Shown here: one piece after another, positions 12,016 through 21,429 of the stretch
Position numbering within the stretch: the stretch's first letter is position 1
Layout: every line of letters starts with the position of its first letter
Assembly: GCA_040507665.1 (NCBI GenBank)
Contig: JBEVOI010000249.1
Location: 1 to 54,427, forward strand
Direction of reading: 5' to 3'
Source: Burkholderiales bacterium
GTDB taxonomy: Bacteria > Pseudomonadota > Gammaproteobacteria > Burkholderiales > JAEUMW01
Length of the DNA stretch: 54,427 nucleotides
The notes under the pieces: generated by a model
What the model was told of the DNA's origin: nothing
Seen by the model: the letters and a program-made list of their open reading frames with translations, nothing else
Database searches by the model: none
Made by a program: the position numbers and the translations under genes

Positions 12016-13439
12016 AGCACAAGGTCAAGCGCATCCACTTCGTGGGCATCGGCGGCGCCGGCATGAGCGGCATCGCCGAGGTCCTGCTCAATCTGGGCTA
12101 CGAGGTGAGCGGCTCCGACCTCGCCGACAGCTCCACTACGCAGCGGCTTGCGTCGATGGGCGCGAAGGTCTTCCACGGCCACGATGCGGCGAACGCGCAG
12201 CGGGCGGATGTGGTCGTGACATCCACCGCCGTAAGGCCGGACAACCCCGAGGTCGCCGCCGCGCGGGCAAAGCGTGTCCCCGTGGTGCCGCGCGCACTGA
12301 TGCTGTCGGAGCTGATGCGCCTCAGGCAGGGGGTTGCGATAGCCGGAACCCACGGCAAGACCACTACGACGAGCCTGATCGCAAGCGTGCTCGCGGAGGC
12401 GGGCATGGACCCGACGTTCGTGATCGGCGGACGGCTGGAGGCGGCCGGCAGCCACGCGAAGCTCGGCACCGGCGAGTTCATCGTCGCGGAGGCGGACGAG
12501 TCGGACGCCTCGTTCCTGTACTTGCAGCCGGTGCTGGCGGTGGTGACGAACATCGATGCCGATCACATGGAGACCTACGGCCACGATTTCGCGCGGCTGC
12601 GCCAGGCCTTCGTGGACTTCGTCCAACGCTTGCCCTTCTACGGCATGGCGGTGCTGGGCGTTGACGATGCGCAGGTGCGGTCGATCATGCCGATCATCAC
12701 CAAGCCGATCACCACTTACGGGGTGTGCGACGCGGCGCAGATTCGCGCGGTCGATCTGCGGCACGAGGGGGGGCGCATGCACTTCCGCGTCGTGCGCCAG
12801 GCCGTGCCCGGCGGCGTGCGAGAGGGCCCGGATCTCTGCATCAAGCTCAATCTGCCCGGGCTGCACAACGTGCAGAACGCACTCGCCGCGATCGCAGTCG
12901 GGATGGAAGTCGGCGCGCCGGACACCGCGATCGTGAAGGCGCTCGCGGAGTTTCGCGGCGTAGGCCGCCGCTTCGAGCGCTACCGCGATCTTCCGCTCGG
13001 GGGGCGAGGAAACGCGGCTCTGATCGACGACTATGGCCACCACCCGGTGGAGATGGCAGCAACCCTCGATGCCGCGCGCGGCGCGTTCCCCGGGCGCCGC
13101 ATCGTGCTCGCGTTCCAGCCACACCGCTACACGCGCACTCGCGACTGCTTCGAGGATTTCGTGAAGGTGCTCTCCACCGTGGACGTCCTGCTGCTCACCG
13201 AGGTTTACGCGGCGGGCGAGGCGCCGATCGTGGCTGCAGACGGCCGCGCCCTCGCGCGCGCAGTGCGTGTGCAAGGGAAGACCGAACCGATCTTCGTCGA
13301 GCAGGTGAGCGAGATTCCCGAGGCGATTCTGGCGGTCGCGAAGCCGGACGACGTGATCCTCACCATGGGCGCAGGTTCGATCGGTGGCGTACCGGCAAAG
13401 CTCCTCGCGGAGTCGAGCGCCGGGAGCGGGCACGGATGA
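12012..13439 (+). CDS. murC: UDP-N-acetylmuramate--L-alanine ligase
   Basis: Start at ATG 12012 (ATGA overlap with murG). [25 protein letters not shown] and [12 protein letters not shown]. The track ORF extends artificially upstream. Confidence 0.95.
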   Translation: MKHKVKRIHFVGIGGAGMSGIAEVLLNLGYEVSGSDLADSSTTQRLASMGAKVFHGHDAANAQRADVVVTSTAVRPDNPEVAAARAKRVPVVPRALMLSELMRLRQGVAIAGTHGKTTTTSLIASVLAEAGMDPTFVIGGRLEAAGSHAKLGTGEFIVAEADESDASFLYLQPVLAVVTNIDADHMETYGHDFARLRQAFVDFVQRLPFYGMAVLGVDDAQVRSIMPIITKPITTYGVCDAAQIRAVDLRHEGGRMHFRVVRQAVPGGVREGPDLCIKLNLPGLHNVQNALAAIAVGMEVGAPDTAIVKALAEFRGVGRRFERYRDLPLGGRGNAALIDDYGHHPVEMAATLDAARGAFPGRRIVLAFQPHRYTRTRDCFEDFVKVLSTVDVLLLTEVYAAGEAPIVAADGRALARAVRVQGKTEPIFVEQVSEIPEAILAVAKPDDVILTMGAGSIGGVPAKLLAESSAGSGHG

Positions 13440-14365
13440 ACATGGCCGAGTCGATCTCCATCCTCGCGGGCGGGCTGCGCGGAGTGCTGCGGCGCGAAGA
13501 GCCCATGAGCAAGCACACGAGCTGGCGCGTCGGCGGACCTGCGGAGCGCGCCTATCTGCCAGCCGACCTCGACGACCTGTGCGCGTTCCTCGGCGGGCTG
13601 CCCGCGGACGAGCCGGTGTACGCGATCGGACTCGGCAGCAACCTGCTGGTTCGCGACGGCGGGCTGCGCGGGACGGTGGTGTTCATGCATCACGGGCTGC
13701 AGGTGTTGCGCCTCGATGAGGGTCGCCACGGCCGGCCGCTCGTGTACGCGGAGGCGGGTGTCGCGAGCCCGAAGGTCGCGCGCTTCGCCGCGAACCATGG
13801 CTTCGAGGGCGCCGAGTTCCTCGCCGGGATTCCCGGCACCGTCGGCGGAGCGCTTGCGATGAACGCGGGGTGCTACGGAAGCGAAACCTGGGACGTCGTG
13901 GAACGGGTACTGACGCTCGACCATGGCGGGCAGCTTCGTACCCGGCTGCCGGGCGACTACGAGATCGGCTATCGCCATTGCCGACGCAAAGGGAACGGGC
14001 ACCGGGAGTGGTTCGCCGCGGCCTGGTTCAGGTTGCAGCCGGGCGACGGCGAAGCTTCTCGCGAGCGCATCAAGGCGCTCCTCACGCGGCGCATCGCGAG
14101 CCAGCCCATCAATCAGCCGAATGCGGGATCAGTGTTTCGCAATCCGCCCGGTGACCATGCGGCGCGGCTGATCGAAGCGTGCGGCCTGAAAGGCCATGTC
14201 ATCGGCGGCGCCCAGGTGTCGAGCAAGCATGCGAACTTCATTGTCAACAGCGGCACTGCAACCGCTGCCGACATCGAGCAGCTGATGGGGCACGTGCAGG
14301 CGACAGTGCAGAACCGCACCGGCATCGCGTTGGTGCGAGAGGTGTTGATTGTCGGGGAGCCATGA
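13436..14365 (+). CDS. murB: UDP-N-acetylenolpyruvoylglucosamine reductase
   Basis: Start at ATG 13436 (ATGA overlap with murC). [22 protein letters not shown] and AGSVFRNP motifs. Confidence 0.93.
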   Translation: MNMAESISILAGGLRGVLRREEPMSKHTSWRVGGPAERAYLPADLDDLCAFLGGLPADEPVYAIGLGSNLLVRDGGLRGTVVFMHHGLQVLRLDEGRHGRPLVYAEAGVASPKVARFAANHGFEGAEFLAGIPGTVGGALAMNAGCYGSETWDVVERVLTLDHGGQLRTRLPGDYEIGYRHCRRKGNGHREWFAAAWFRLQPGDGEASRERIKALLTRRIASQPINQPNAGSVFRNPPGDHAARLIEACGLKGHVIGGAQVSSKHANFIVNSGTATAADIEQLMGHVQATVQNRTGIALVREVLIVGEP

Positions 14366-14471
14366 AGTCTTGGTGATGCGGGACAAGCTCTGGACACGCC
14401 GGCCGAAATTTAAACGGCGTCGGGCCAAGCGATAACGGATGAAGGGGCGCCGCGCCGCGGCGGAAGCAGGT

Positions 14472-15383
14472 ATGGAAAAGAAGGCATTCGGAAAGGTGGT
14501 TGTGTTGCTCGGAGGTCGATCGGCCGAGCGGGAAGTGTCGCTCAAGAGCGGGGCGCGTGTACTCGCGGCGCTCAAGTCGTGCGGCGTGGACGCTCACGGC
14601 TTCGACCCGCAGGAGCAAGGGCTGCTGGAGCTGATCGCAGGTGGCTTCGATCGCGCCTTCATCGTGCTGCACGGACGCTTCGGCGAGGACGGTACGGTGC
14701 AGGGTGTGCTGGAGTGGCTCGGCATTCCGTACACCGGCAGCGGTGTGCTTGCGAGCGCGATTGCCATGGACAAGCTGCGCACGAAGCTGCTCTGGGAGGC
14801 CTCGGGGATTCCGACGCCGAAGTGGGCGCGCCTCGAGGCGGGCACCGACTTCGGCGCGGTGGTGCAACGGCTCGGCCTGCCAATCATGGTGAAGCCTGCC
14901 CGCGAAGGGTCGAGCATCGGCATGAGCAAAGTGACTCGCGCGCCAGACCTGCCGCTCGCCTACGAGCATGCGGTCAAGCACGACGACGTCATCATCGCCG
15001 AGCAGTTCATCGAGGGCATCGAACTCACGGCCGGCGTCCTCGGTGCCACGCCGCTGCCGCTGATCCGGCTCGAGACCCCGCGCACATTCTACGACTACGA
15101 GGCGAAGTACCTCGTCGACTCGACGCGTTACATCCTGCCGTGCGGATTGCCGGAAGAGCAGGAGCGCGATCTGCAGCACCTCGTTTTGAAGGCCTTCGCG
15201 GTGCCAGGGTGCCGCGGCTGGGGACGTGTCGACCTGATGCTCGACCACGCAGGCAATCCCTACTTCCTCGAGGTGAACACGATTCCCGGCATGACCGACC
15301 ACTCCCTCGTGCCGATGGCCGCCCGCGCCGCAGGCTACAGCTTCGAGGACCTGGTGCTGAAGATTCTGGAGGCAGCTGCGTGA
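14472..15383 (+). CDS. ddl: D-alanine--D-alanine ligase
   Basis: [28 protein letters not shown]-terminus and ATP-grasp body ([19 protein letters not shown]). An in-frame upstream ATG at 14439 is also possible. Confidence 0.93.
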   Translation: MEKKAFGKVVVLLGGRSAEREVSLKSGARVLAALKSCGVDAHGFDPQEQGLLELIAGGFDRAFIVLHGRFGEDGTVQGVLEWLGIPYTGSGVLASAIAMDKLRTKLLWEASGIPTPKWARLEAGTDFGAVVQRLGLPIMVKPAREGSSIGMSKVTRAPDLPLAYEHAVKHDDVIIAEQFIEGIELTAGVLGATPLPLIRLETPRTFYDYEAKYLVDSTRYILPCGLPEEQERDLQHLVLKAFAVPGCRGWGRVDLMLDHAGNPYFLEVNTIPGMTDHSLVPMAARAAGYSFEDLVLKILEAAA

Positions 15384-15461
15384 GCTACCGAGCAGTGGTC
15401 CCGCTTCGGGGGGATGCGAGCAAGGCGAAGGATTCCGCCTGTCGCGAACGAGGTAGCACAC

Positions 15462-16187
15462 GTGTGGGATAACGCGCGCTTGCTCAACCAGATTGCGAAC
15501 GGCCTCATCGCCGCGGCGGTGCTCGCCGTGCCCATAGTCGCTGGCCTGCATGTTGTCCGGCTTCCGCAGTTTGCTGTGCGCGAGGTGCAGGTGGAAGGGC
15601 GGCTTGATCACGTAACCCCCGAGCAGTTGGCGGCGGTGGCGCGGCAGGCGGCGCACGGCACGTTTTTCACGCTCGACCTCGAGGGCGCGCGCAGGCAGTT
15701 CGAGAAGCTGCCGTGGGTGCGCAAGGTCGAGGTACGCCGGCAATGGCCCGCGCGCCTCGTGCTCGATGTCGAGGAGCACGTCGCGCTCGCGCGCTGGGGC
15801 GACTCGGCTCTGGTGAACGATCGCGGCGAGGTGTTCGAGGCCGCAACCGACGAAACGCTGCCGGTGTTCGTCGGACCTGATGGCCAGGCGGACGAGATGG
15901 CGCGCCGCTTCCGACGCTTCGCGGCCCAGCTCGCGTCGATCGACCGGCACCCCGCTCGGGTGAAGCTGTCGGCGCGGGGCGCGTGGCAGATCAAGCTGGA
16001 CGACGGGCTGACGCTGGAGCTGGGACGCTCCGACATGGACGCGCGGCTGGAGCGCTTCGTCATGGTGTACGACCGGACCATCGGGCGCCTGCCGCCGACA
16101 GCAATGCAGGCGGACCTGCGCTACACCAACGGCTTCGCGGTGCGGATGCCAGAGACGCGCGGTCGCGACGCGAAATCCAAGAGTTGA
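15462..16187 (+). CDS. ftsQ: cell division protein FtsQ
   Basis: A GTG at 15462 is preceded by GAGGT 7 nt upstream and gives (M)WDNARLLNQIANGL..., then a TM helix and a POTRA domain. The track ORF begins at ATG 15414, which directly abuts a G-run without SD spacing. Confidence 0.85.
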   Translation: MWDNARLLNQIANGLIAAAVLAVPIVAGLHVVRLPQFAVREVQVEGRLDHVTPEQLAAVARQAAHGTFFTLDLEGARRQFEKLPWVRKVEVRRQWPARLVLDVEEHVALARWGDSALVNDRGEVFEAATDETLPVFVGPDGQADEMARRFRRFAAQLASIDRHPARVKLSARGAWQIKLDDGLTLELGRSDMDARLERFVMVYDRTIGRLPPTAMQADLRYTNGFAVRMPETRGRDAKSKS

Positions 16188-16214
16188 AGCAACCGGAGAG
16201 CTGGGAAACAGCCC

Positions 16215-17453
16215 ATGACCAAGGCTAAGGAAGGCAAGAACCTGATCGTCGGCCTCGACATCGGGACCTCGAAGATCGCCGCCATCGTGGGCGAGATCAC
16301 CCCGGAGGGGCGCCTCGAGATCATCGGCATGGGGAGCCATGCGTCGCGCGGTCTGAAGAAGGGTGTCGTGGTCAACATCGACTCCACCGTGGGCGCGATA
16401 CAGCGCGCGCTGGAAGAGGCCGAGCTGATGGCGGACTGCAAGATTCGCGAGGTCTACACAGGCATTGCCGGCAGCCACATCAAGGGTTTCAACTCGCACG
16501 GCATGGTGGCGATCAAGGACAAGGAAGTCACCCAGATGGACGTTGACCGGGTGATCGAGACCGCAAAGGCGGTTTCGATTCCAACCGACCAGCAGATCCT
16601 CCACATCCTCAATCAGGAATTCATCATCGACGGGCAGGAAGACGTGCGCGAACCCCTCGGCATGAGTGGCGTGCGCCTCGAGGTGAAGGTGCACATCGTC
16701 ACCGGCGCCGTCTCGGCTGCCCAGAACATCATGAAGTGCGTGCGCCGCTGCGGGCTGGAGGTGCGCGACCTGATCCTGCAGCCGCTTGCGTCCGCCACGG
16801 CGGTGCTGTCGGACGACGAGAAGGATTTGGGTGTGTGCCTCCTGGATGTTGGTGGCGGTACCACCGACCTCGCGGTGTTTTCGGAAGGTGCGATCCGACA
16901 CACCGCGGTGATTCCGATTGCCGGCGACCAGATCACGAACGACATCGCGATGGCGCTGCGCACACCGACCAAGGACGCCGAGGACCTGAAGCGCGGTTAC
17001 GGCTGTGCGCTGCGCCAGCTCGCGGACCCTCAGCAGATGATCGAGGTGCCAGGCGTTGGCGAGCGCGGCCCGCGGCAGATGTCGCGTCAGACACTGGCCG
17101 AGGTGATCGAGCCCCGGGTCGAGGAGTTGTATTCGCTGGCGCAGGCGGAGTTGCGGCGCAGCGGCTTCGAGGACCTGCTCTCGTCGGGCATCGTCATTAC
17201 CGGTGGCACCAGCCTGATGCAGGGAGTGGTGGAGCTGGGCGAGGAAGTGTTTCACATGCCGGTGCGGCTCGGCATTCCGGACTACAAGGGAGGGCTCGCG
17301 GAGGTGGTGCGCAATCCGCGCTTCTCCACTGGGGTGGGGCTGCTGCTCATCGGTCTGCAACAACAACAACGGCGGGAGCTGGTGAAGATGCAATCGGGGT
17401 CGTTCCAGTCGATCGTCGAAAAAATGAAGACTTGGTTCCAGGGAAATTTCTGA
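16215..17453 (+). CDS. ftsA: cell division protein FtsA
   Basis: 412 aa actin-fold ATPase. LIVGLDIGTSKI, DVGGGTTD and a C-terminal amphipathic helix (FQSIVEKMKTWFQGNF). Confidence 0.97.
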   Translation: MTKAKEGKNLIVGLDIGTSKIAAIVGEITPEGRLEIIGMGSHASRGLKKGVVVNIDSTVGAIQRALEEAELMADCKIREVYTGIAGSHIKGFNSHGMVAIKDKEVTQMDVDRVIETAKAVSIPTDQQILHILNQEFIIDGQEDVREPLGMSGVRLEVKVHIVTGAVSAAQNIMKCVRRCGLEVRDLILQPLASATAVLSDDEKDLGVCLLDVGGGTTDLAVFSEGAIRHTAVIPIAGDQITNDIAMALRTPTKDAEDLKRGYGCALRQLADPQQMIEVPGVGERGPRQMSRQTLAEVIEPRVEELYSLAQAELRRSGFEDLLSSGIVITGGTSLMQGVVELGEEVFHMPVRLGIPDYKGGLAEVVRNPRFSTGVGLLLIGLQQQQRRELVKMQSGSFQSIVEKMKTWFQGNF

Positions 17454-17575
17454 AATCCTCAACACGCAACAAGGAGAGAACGAGTATGCAAGGCGAAGGG
17501 CTGGGAAACGGGATGCTGCTCAAGGCGCTGTTTGAATCGGGTAAGGACTCAACGAACGGAAAGGAGGCCAGTAAC

Positions 17576-18736
17576 ATGTTCGAGATCTTGGATGCCACGC
17601 CGCAGGAAGCGGTGATCAAGGTAGTCGGGGTAGGCGGCTGCGGCGGTAACGCGGTCGACCACATGATCAGCCGCGGGGTGCAGGGCGTCGAGTTCATCGT
17701 CGCCAATACCGACGCCCAGGCGCTGAAGCGTAACCAGGCGGGGGTCCAGCTGCAGCTCGGGACCGGCATTACGAAGGGTCTCGGCGCGGGCGCGAATCCC
17801 GAGATCGGCAAACAGTCCGCTATCGAGGATCGGGACCGCATCGCCGAGCTGATCGAGGGTGCGGATATGCTCTTCCTCACCGCTGGGATGGGCGGCGGCA
17901 CCGGAACTGGCGCCGCGCCGGTGGTGGCCGAAGTGGCCAAGGAGCTCGGTATCCTTACCGTTGCGGTGGTAACCAAGCCCTTTTCGTTCGAGGGCAAGCG
18001 CAAGAAGATCGCCATGCAGGGGCTCGAGGAGCTCTCCACCCACGTCGACTCACTTATCATCATCCCGAACGACAAACTGATGGCGGTGCTTGGTGATGAC
18101 ATCAGCGTGCTCGACGCCTACGCGGCGGCTAATGAGGTGCTGCACGGCGCGGTCGCCGGCATCGCCGAGGTCATCAGCTGCCCGGGCCTCGTCAACGTGG
18201 ACTTCGCCGATGTGAAGACGGTGATGTCCGAGATGGGGATGGCCATGATGGGATCCGCGCGCTCCTCGGGTGCTGGCCGCGCTCGCCTCGCCGCCGAGCA
18301 GGCGGTGGCGAGCCCGCTGCTCGAGGACGTGAACCTGTCGGGCGCGCGCGGCGTGCTGGTGAACATCACCGCGAGCTCGGCGCTAAAGATGAAGGAAGTG
18401 CACGAGGTCATGAATACGATCCGCGGCTTCACAGCGGAGGACGCCACGGTGATTGTCGGAACCGTGATCGACGAGTCACTGTCAGAAGACCTGCGGGTGA
18501 CAATGGTTGCCACTGGCCTCGGTTCTCCGGTTGCCCGCAAGGAGCCGAAGCAGCAGGTTACGTTGGTGGTGAAGAACGGGACGGACGCCGCGCCGGTCGA
18601 AATCGTGAATTACGAGGATCTGGAGCAGCCCGCCGTCATGCGACGGCGCAATCGCGACGCCACCCTCGAGGCGATGAAGCAATCGGGCGTGGATATGCTC
18701 GACATCCCGGCGTTTCTGCGCAAGCAGGCGGACTGA
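17576..18736 (+). CDS. ftsZ: cell division GTPase FtsZ
   Basis: ATG 17576 with AAGGAGG 8 nt upstream. MFEIL...IKVVGVGGCGGNAV and the tubulin signature GGGTGTGAAP. C-terminal peptide DIPAFLRKQAD. An in-frame upstream ATG at 17486 is judged less likely. Confidence 0.95.
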   Translation: MFEILDATPQEAVIKVVGVGGCGGNAVDHMISRGVQGVEFIVANTDAQALKRNQAGVQLQLGTGITKGLGAGANPEIGKQSAIEDRDRIAELIEGADMLFLTAGMGGGTGTGAAPVVAEVAKELGILTVAVVTKPFSFEGKRKKIAMQGLEELSTHVDSLIIIPNDKLMAVLGDDISVLDAYAAANEVLHGAVAGIAEVISCPGLVNVDFADVKTVMSEMGMAMMGSARSSGAGRARLAAEQAVASPLLEDVNLSGARGVLVNITASSALKMKEVHEVMNTIRGFTAEDATVIVGTVIDESLSEDLRVTMVATGLGSPVARKEPKQQVTLVVKNGTDAAPVEIVNYEDLEQPAVMRRRNRDATLEAMKQSGVDMLDIPAFLRKQAD

Positions 18737-18751
18737 AGGGCGAGAGGGGAC

Positions 18752-18777
18752 CTGCGGGGGCGGGGTGCCCCCCGCAG
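18752..18777 (+). terminator. GC-rich hairpin after ftsZ (possible attenuator; no U-tract)
   Basis: CTGCGGGGG (18752-18760) pairs with CCCCCGCAG (18769-18777) around an 8-nt loop. It sits 16 nt after the ftsZ stop. Confidence 0.35.
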
Positions 18778-18786
18778 TGGTATCAT
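18778..18786 (+). promoter_or_regulatory. candidate extended -10 promoter for lpxC
   Basis: TGgTATCAT at 18778-18786, 35 nt upstream of the lpxC ATG. Confidence 0.35.
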
Positions 18787-18820
18787 CTAACGCCAATTTG
18801 AGGTCTGCGAAAGGAAACAG

Positions 18821-19735
18821 ATGATCAGACAACGCACCCTGAAGACCGAGGTAACCGCGACCGGCGTCGGCTTGCACACGGGCGAGAAGGTGAAGCTCGT
18901 GCTGCGGCCGGCCGGCCCGGGCACCGGCATCGTTTTCAGGCGCATCGATCTCGACCCGGTGGTCGAAATCGTGGTGAGCCCATACGCGGTCGGCGATACG
19001 CGCCTCTCGTCCTGCCTGGTAAAGGACGGTGCGCGGGTTTCCACCGTGGAGCACCTGATGTCTGCGCTCGCGGGCCTCGGAATCGACAATCTGCGGGTGG
19101 ACCTGAACGGTCCCGAGATTCCGATCATGGACGGCAGCAGCGCGCCCTTCGTCTACCTGGTGCACTTGGCGGGGATCGAGGCACAGGCAGCGCCGAAGAA
19201 ATTCGTCCGCGTCCTGAAACCGGTCGAAGTGCGCCAAGGCGATAAATTCGTACGCTTCGACCCGTTCGATGGTTACCGGCTCGACTTCTGCATCGACTTC
19301 AACCACCCTGCGTTCGACCCCGCTGGCAACCATGTCGTGATCGATTTCGAGGGGAATTCCTACGTGAAAGAGGTGAGCCGTGCGCGCACCTTCGGATTCA
19401 TGTCCGACGTCGAGATGATGCGCTCCCAGGGCCTTGCCCTCGGCGGCAGTCTCAACAATGCGATCGTGATGGACGAGTATCGTATTTTGAACGCCGACGG
19501 TCTGCGTTACGACAACGAGTTCGTCAAGCACAAGGTCCTCGATGCCATCGGTGACCTGTACCTCCTCGGCTACCCCCTCATCGGCGCCTACACCGCCTTC
19601 AAGTCCGGCCATGCGCTCAACAACGCGCTCCTGCGGAAGCTCCTTGAGGACAAGGAATCGTGGAAGTTAGCGAGCTTCGGCGAGGCGGCGGCGGCACCGT
19701 TGGCGCTCCAGCAGCAGTTCCGGATGGCGGCCTGA
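18821..19735 (+). CDS. lpxC: UDP-3-O-acyl-N-acetylglucosamine deacetylase
   Basis: 304 aa. MIRQRTLK...TGVGLHTG N-terminus, [12 protein letters not shown] and RTFGF motifs. Follows ftsZ as in other proteobacteria. Confidence 0.97.
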   Translation: MIRQRTLKTEVTATGVGLHTGEKVKLVLRPAGPGTGIVFRRIDLDPVVEIVVSPYAVGDTRLSSCLVKDGARVSTVEHLMSALAGLGIDNLRVDLNGPEIPIMDGSSAPFVYLVHLAGIEAQAAPKKFVRVLKPVEVRQGDKFVRFDPFDGYRLDFCIDFNHPAFDPAGNHVVIDFEGNSYVKEVSRARTFGFMSDVEMMRSQGLALGGSLNNAIVMDEYRILNADGLRYDNEFVKHKVLDAIGDLYLLGYPLIGAYTAFKSGHALNNALLRKLLEDKESWKLASFGEAAAAPLALQQQFRMAA

Positions 19736-19790
19736 CGGCGGCACGGCGCGCCCGTTCTACCGTCCGTGCAGCGCCGCGTGAGCCCGCGGC

Positions 19791-19979
19791 ATGTTGATCC
19801 TGCGTTTTGTGGTCGTGGGGGCGCTGCTCATCATCGGCGTCGCGCTGGTCGCCGCTCTGGTGACCCGGAACCCTCGCTGGCTGCGCTTTGCGTGGCAGGT
19901 CCTGAAGTTCAGCGCGGTGGTGGCGGCGGCGATCGGGCTGCTGATGCTGGCGGAGCGCCTGCTACTCCCCGTCCTCTGA
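19791..19979 (+). CDS. small hypothetical membrane protein (two predicted TM helices)
   Basis: 62 aa with two hydrophobic stretches separated by TRNPRWLRF. GC-rich third codon positions are consistent with coding. No recognisable family. Confidence 0.45.
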   Translation: MLILRFVVVGALLIIGVALVAALVTRNPRWLRFAWQVLKFSAVVAAAIGLLMLAERLLLPVL

Positions 19980-20405
19980 GCGTCGGTAGCCCCGCGCCGC
20001 GAGCCTCGCTACCGCAGCCTTCAGTGGCGACGGGGGAAGGGTTTCCGCCAGAGCCTGGAGCGCCACGATTCCCTGCTCGCCGAGTCTCCTGCGGACGGAC
20101 GATGGTCTACGGGCTGGCCACCCCCGAACTTGCACGGTCACCCGGATTGCAGTACATTCCGGTGCCTGCTTCCTGAGTTTCGAAAGCAGCAAGGGGGCAA
20201 GCTGCCGCAACTTGGCCGCTACCGCCCCGTTTTCAGCGCACAGGAAGAGCGTGCCTGCCTCCAGGTGTGATACGCCGCTGGCCTCGGCCAGCCGGTCCGG
20301 CGCCGCCTCGGCGTAGGCGCTTTCCAGCTCGGCGAGTCGCTGCGCGCGGTGGCTTAGGCGACCCAGAGTGGCGCCCGCGTCGAGATAATCCTGAAGCTTT
20401 CGCAT
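19962..20405 (-). CDS. DUF721 / DciA-like protein
   Basis: 147 aa. The core GTLFLCAENGAVAAKLRQLAPLLLSKL resembles the DUF721 pattern 'tLtv.v.saawa.eLr....ll..l'. Position between lpxC and secA. Confidence 0.6.
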   Translation of the reverse strand: MRKLQDYLDAGATLGRLSHRAQRLAELESAYAEAAPDRLAEASGVSHLEAGTLFLCAENGAVAAKLRQLAPLLLSKLRKQAPECTAIRVTVQVRGWPARRPSSVRRRLGEQGIVALQALAETLPPSPLKAAVARLAARGYRRSEDGE

Positions 20406-20435
20406 AGGTTGGGCGAAGGTGATCCGGGGGAGACG

Positions 20436-21344
20436 ATGAACATCATTCTAGTTTCCGAGAATCTATCCACCGCGCGAACCATACACATGAACGGCCTGCA
20501 CATCCTGCTCGCCGCTTTGGCGTTCTTTGCCGTGAGCTTCGTTTTCGCCGGAGTGCTCAACGTGTTTGCGCTGCGCTATGCGGCAGAGATGAAAAGCCCG
20601 CTGCTCAAACCGCTGGTGGCGCCGTTCCTGCAGGAGGAATCAGAGCGCAGCCAGTCGTACGTGCGCGATCAGTTGAACGCGATGGCCGCGAAGGTCGGCG
20701 AGATGCAGGCCCAGCTTCTGCGACTGGATGTGCTCGGGGATCGCCTTGCAAGGCTCGGCGGCTTTCGACCGCAGGAGCTCCTCTTCGGTACGCAAGGGGG
20801 CGCTCTATCGACCACGCCGTCCGATCCGGCCTCGGTGTTCGATCTCAACCAGCAGATCGCCACCCTCTCGAACGAGGTAGAGGACCGGGGCGACAAGCTT
20901 GGTTTCCTCGAATCCCTGTTTACCCGTTCGAAGGCCAAGCGCCAGCTGATCCTGTCCGTCCTGCCGATCGAGGGCGGGTTGTACACTTCCAATTTCGGCT
21001 GGCGCACTGATCCGTTCACCGGCACCAAGTCCATGCATGAAGGGGTGGACTTCCTTGCCGAGCCCGGCACGCAGATCCTCGCGGCCGCCGCAGGCGTTGT
21101 CGTGTACGCTGATCACCATCCGCAGTATGGTAATATGATCGATATTGATCACGGCAACAATCTCGTCAGTCGTTATGCGCATGCGCGGGCGTTGAACGTC
21201 AAGGCGGGGGATGTAGTCCAGCGGGGAGCCATCATCGGCGACGTCGGAAGCTCGGGCCGCGCGACAGGTCCGCATCTTCATTTCGAGGTGAGGGAAAACG
21301 GCGTTGCGCAGCATCCGGCGCGCTTCCTGCAGATGCCCGGCTGA
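20436..21344 (+). CDS. M23 family metallopeptidase (peptidoglycan DD-endopeptidase-like)
   Basis: N-terminal TM helix, coiled-coil, and a LytM domain with HEGVDF ... HLHFEV metal ligands. Start taken at ATG 20436; the track ORF starts at TTG 20409. Confidence 0.9.
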   Translation: MNIILVSENLSTARTIHMNGLHILLAALAFFAVSFVFAGVLNVFALRYAAEMKSPLLKPLVAPFLQEESERSQSYVRDQLNAMAAKVGEMQAQLLRLDVLGDRLARLGGFRPQELLFGTQGGALSTTPSDPASVFDLNQQIATLSNEVEDRGDKLGFLESLFTRSKAKRQLILSVLPIEGGLYTSNFGWRTDPFTGTKSMHEGVDFLAEPGTQILAAAAGVVVYADHHPQYGNMIDIDHGNNLVSRYAHARALNVKAGDVVQRGAIIGDVGSSGRATGPHLHFEVRENGVAQHPARFLQMPG

Positions 21345-21370
21345 GCGAAACGTACTGCGGCGAAACGAAG

Positions 21371-21408
21371 GGGTGAGGAGTGCACCGACGCTCCTCACCC
21401 TTTTTTAT
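21371..21408 (+). terminator. rho-independent terminator
   Basis: Perfect 10-bp stem GGGTGAGGAG (21371-21380) / CTCCTCACCC (21391-21400) followed by TTTTTT (21401-21406). Confidence 0.75.
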
Positions 21409-21429
21409 TCAGGTCCGATTCGGTAATCG

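Noticed and set aside
2350-13433. Other long antisense ORFs (2350-4227, 5849-6979, 7129-9450, 9969-11624, 11802-13433; also 21433-22881, 23563-24855, 43124-44095, 52239-53261)
   Set aside because: The reasoning is the same. Each lies opposite a confidently identified gene, lacks motifs, and has an Arg/Pro/Gly/Ala-biased composition typical of off-frame GC-rich translation.
14244-17465. 1073-aa ORF on the minus strand, the longest in the window
   Set aside because: It runs antisense across ddl, ftsQ and ftsA, all of which have unmistakable family motifs on the + strand, and it crosses their intergenic gaps. The product is Arg/Leu/His/Ala-rich low-information sequence with no recognisable motif. 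Long stop-free antisense frames are expected in GC-rich coding DNA.
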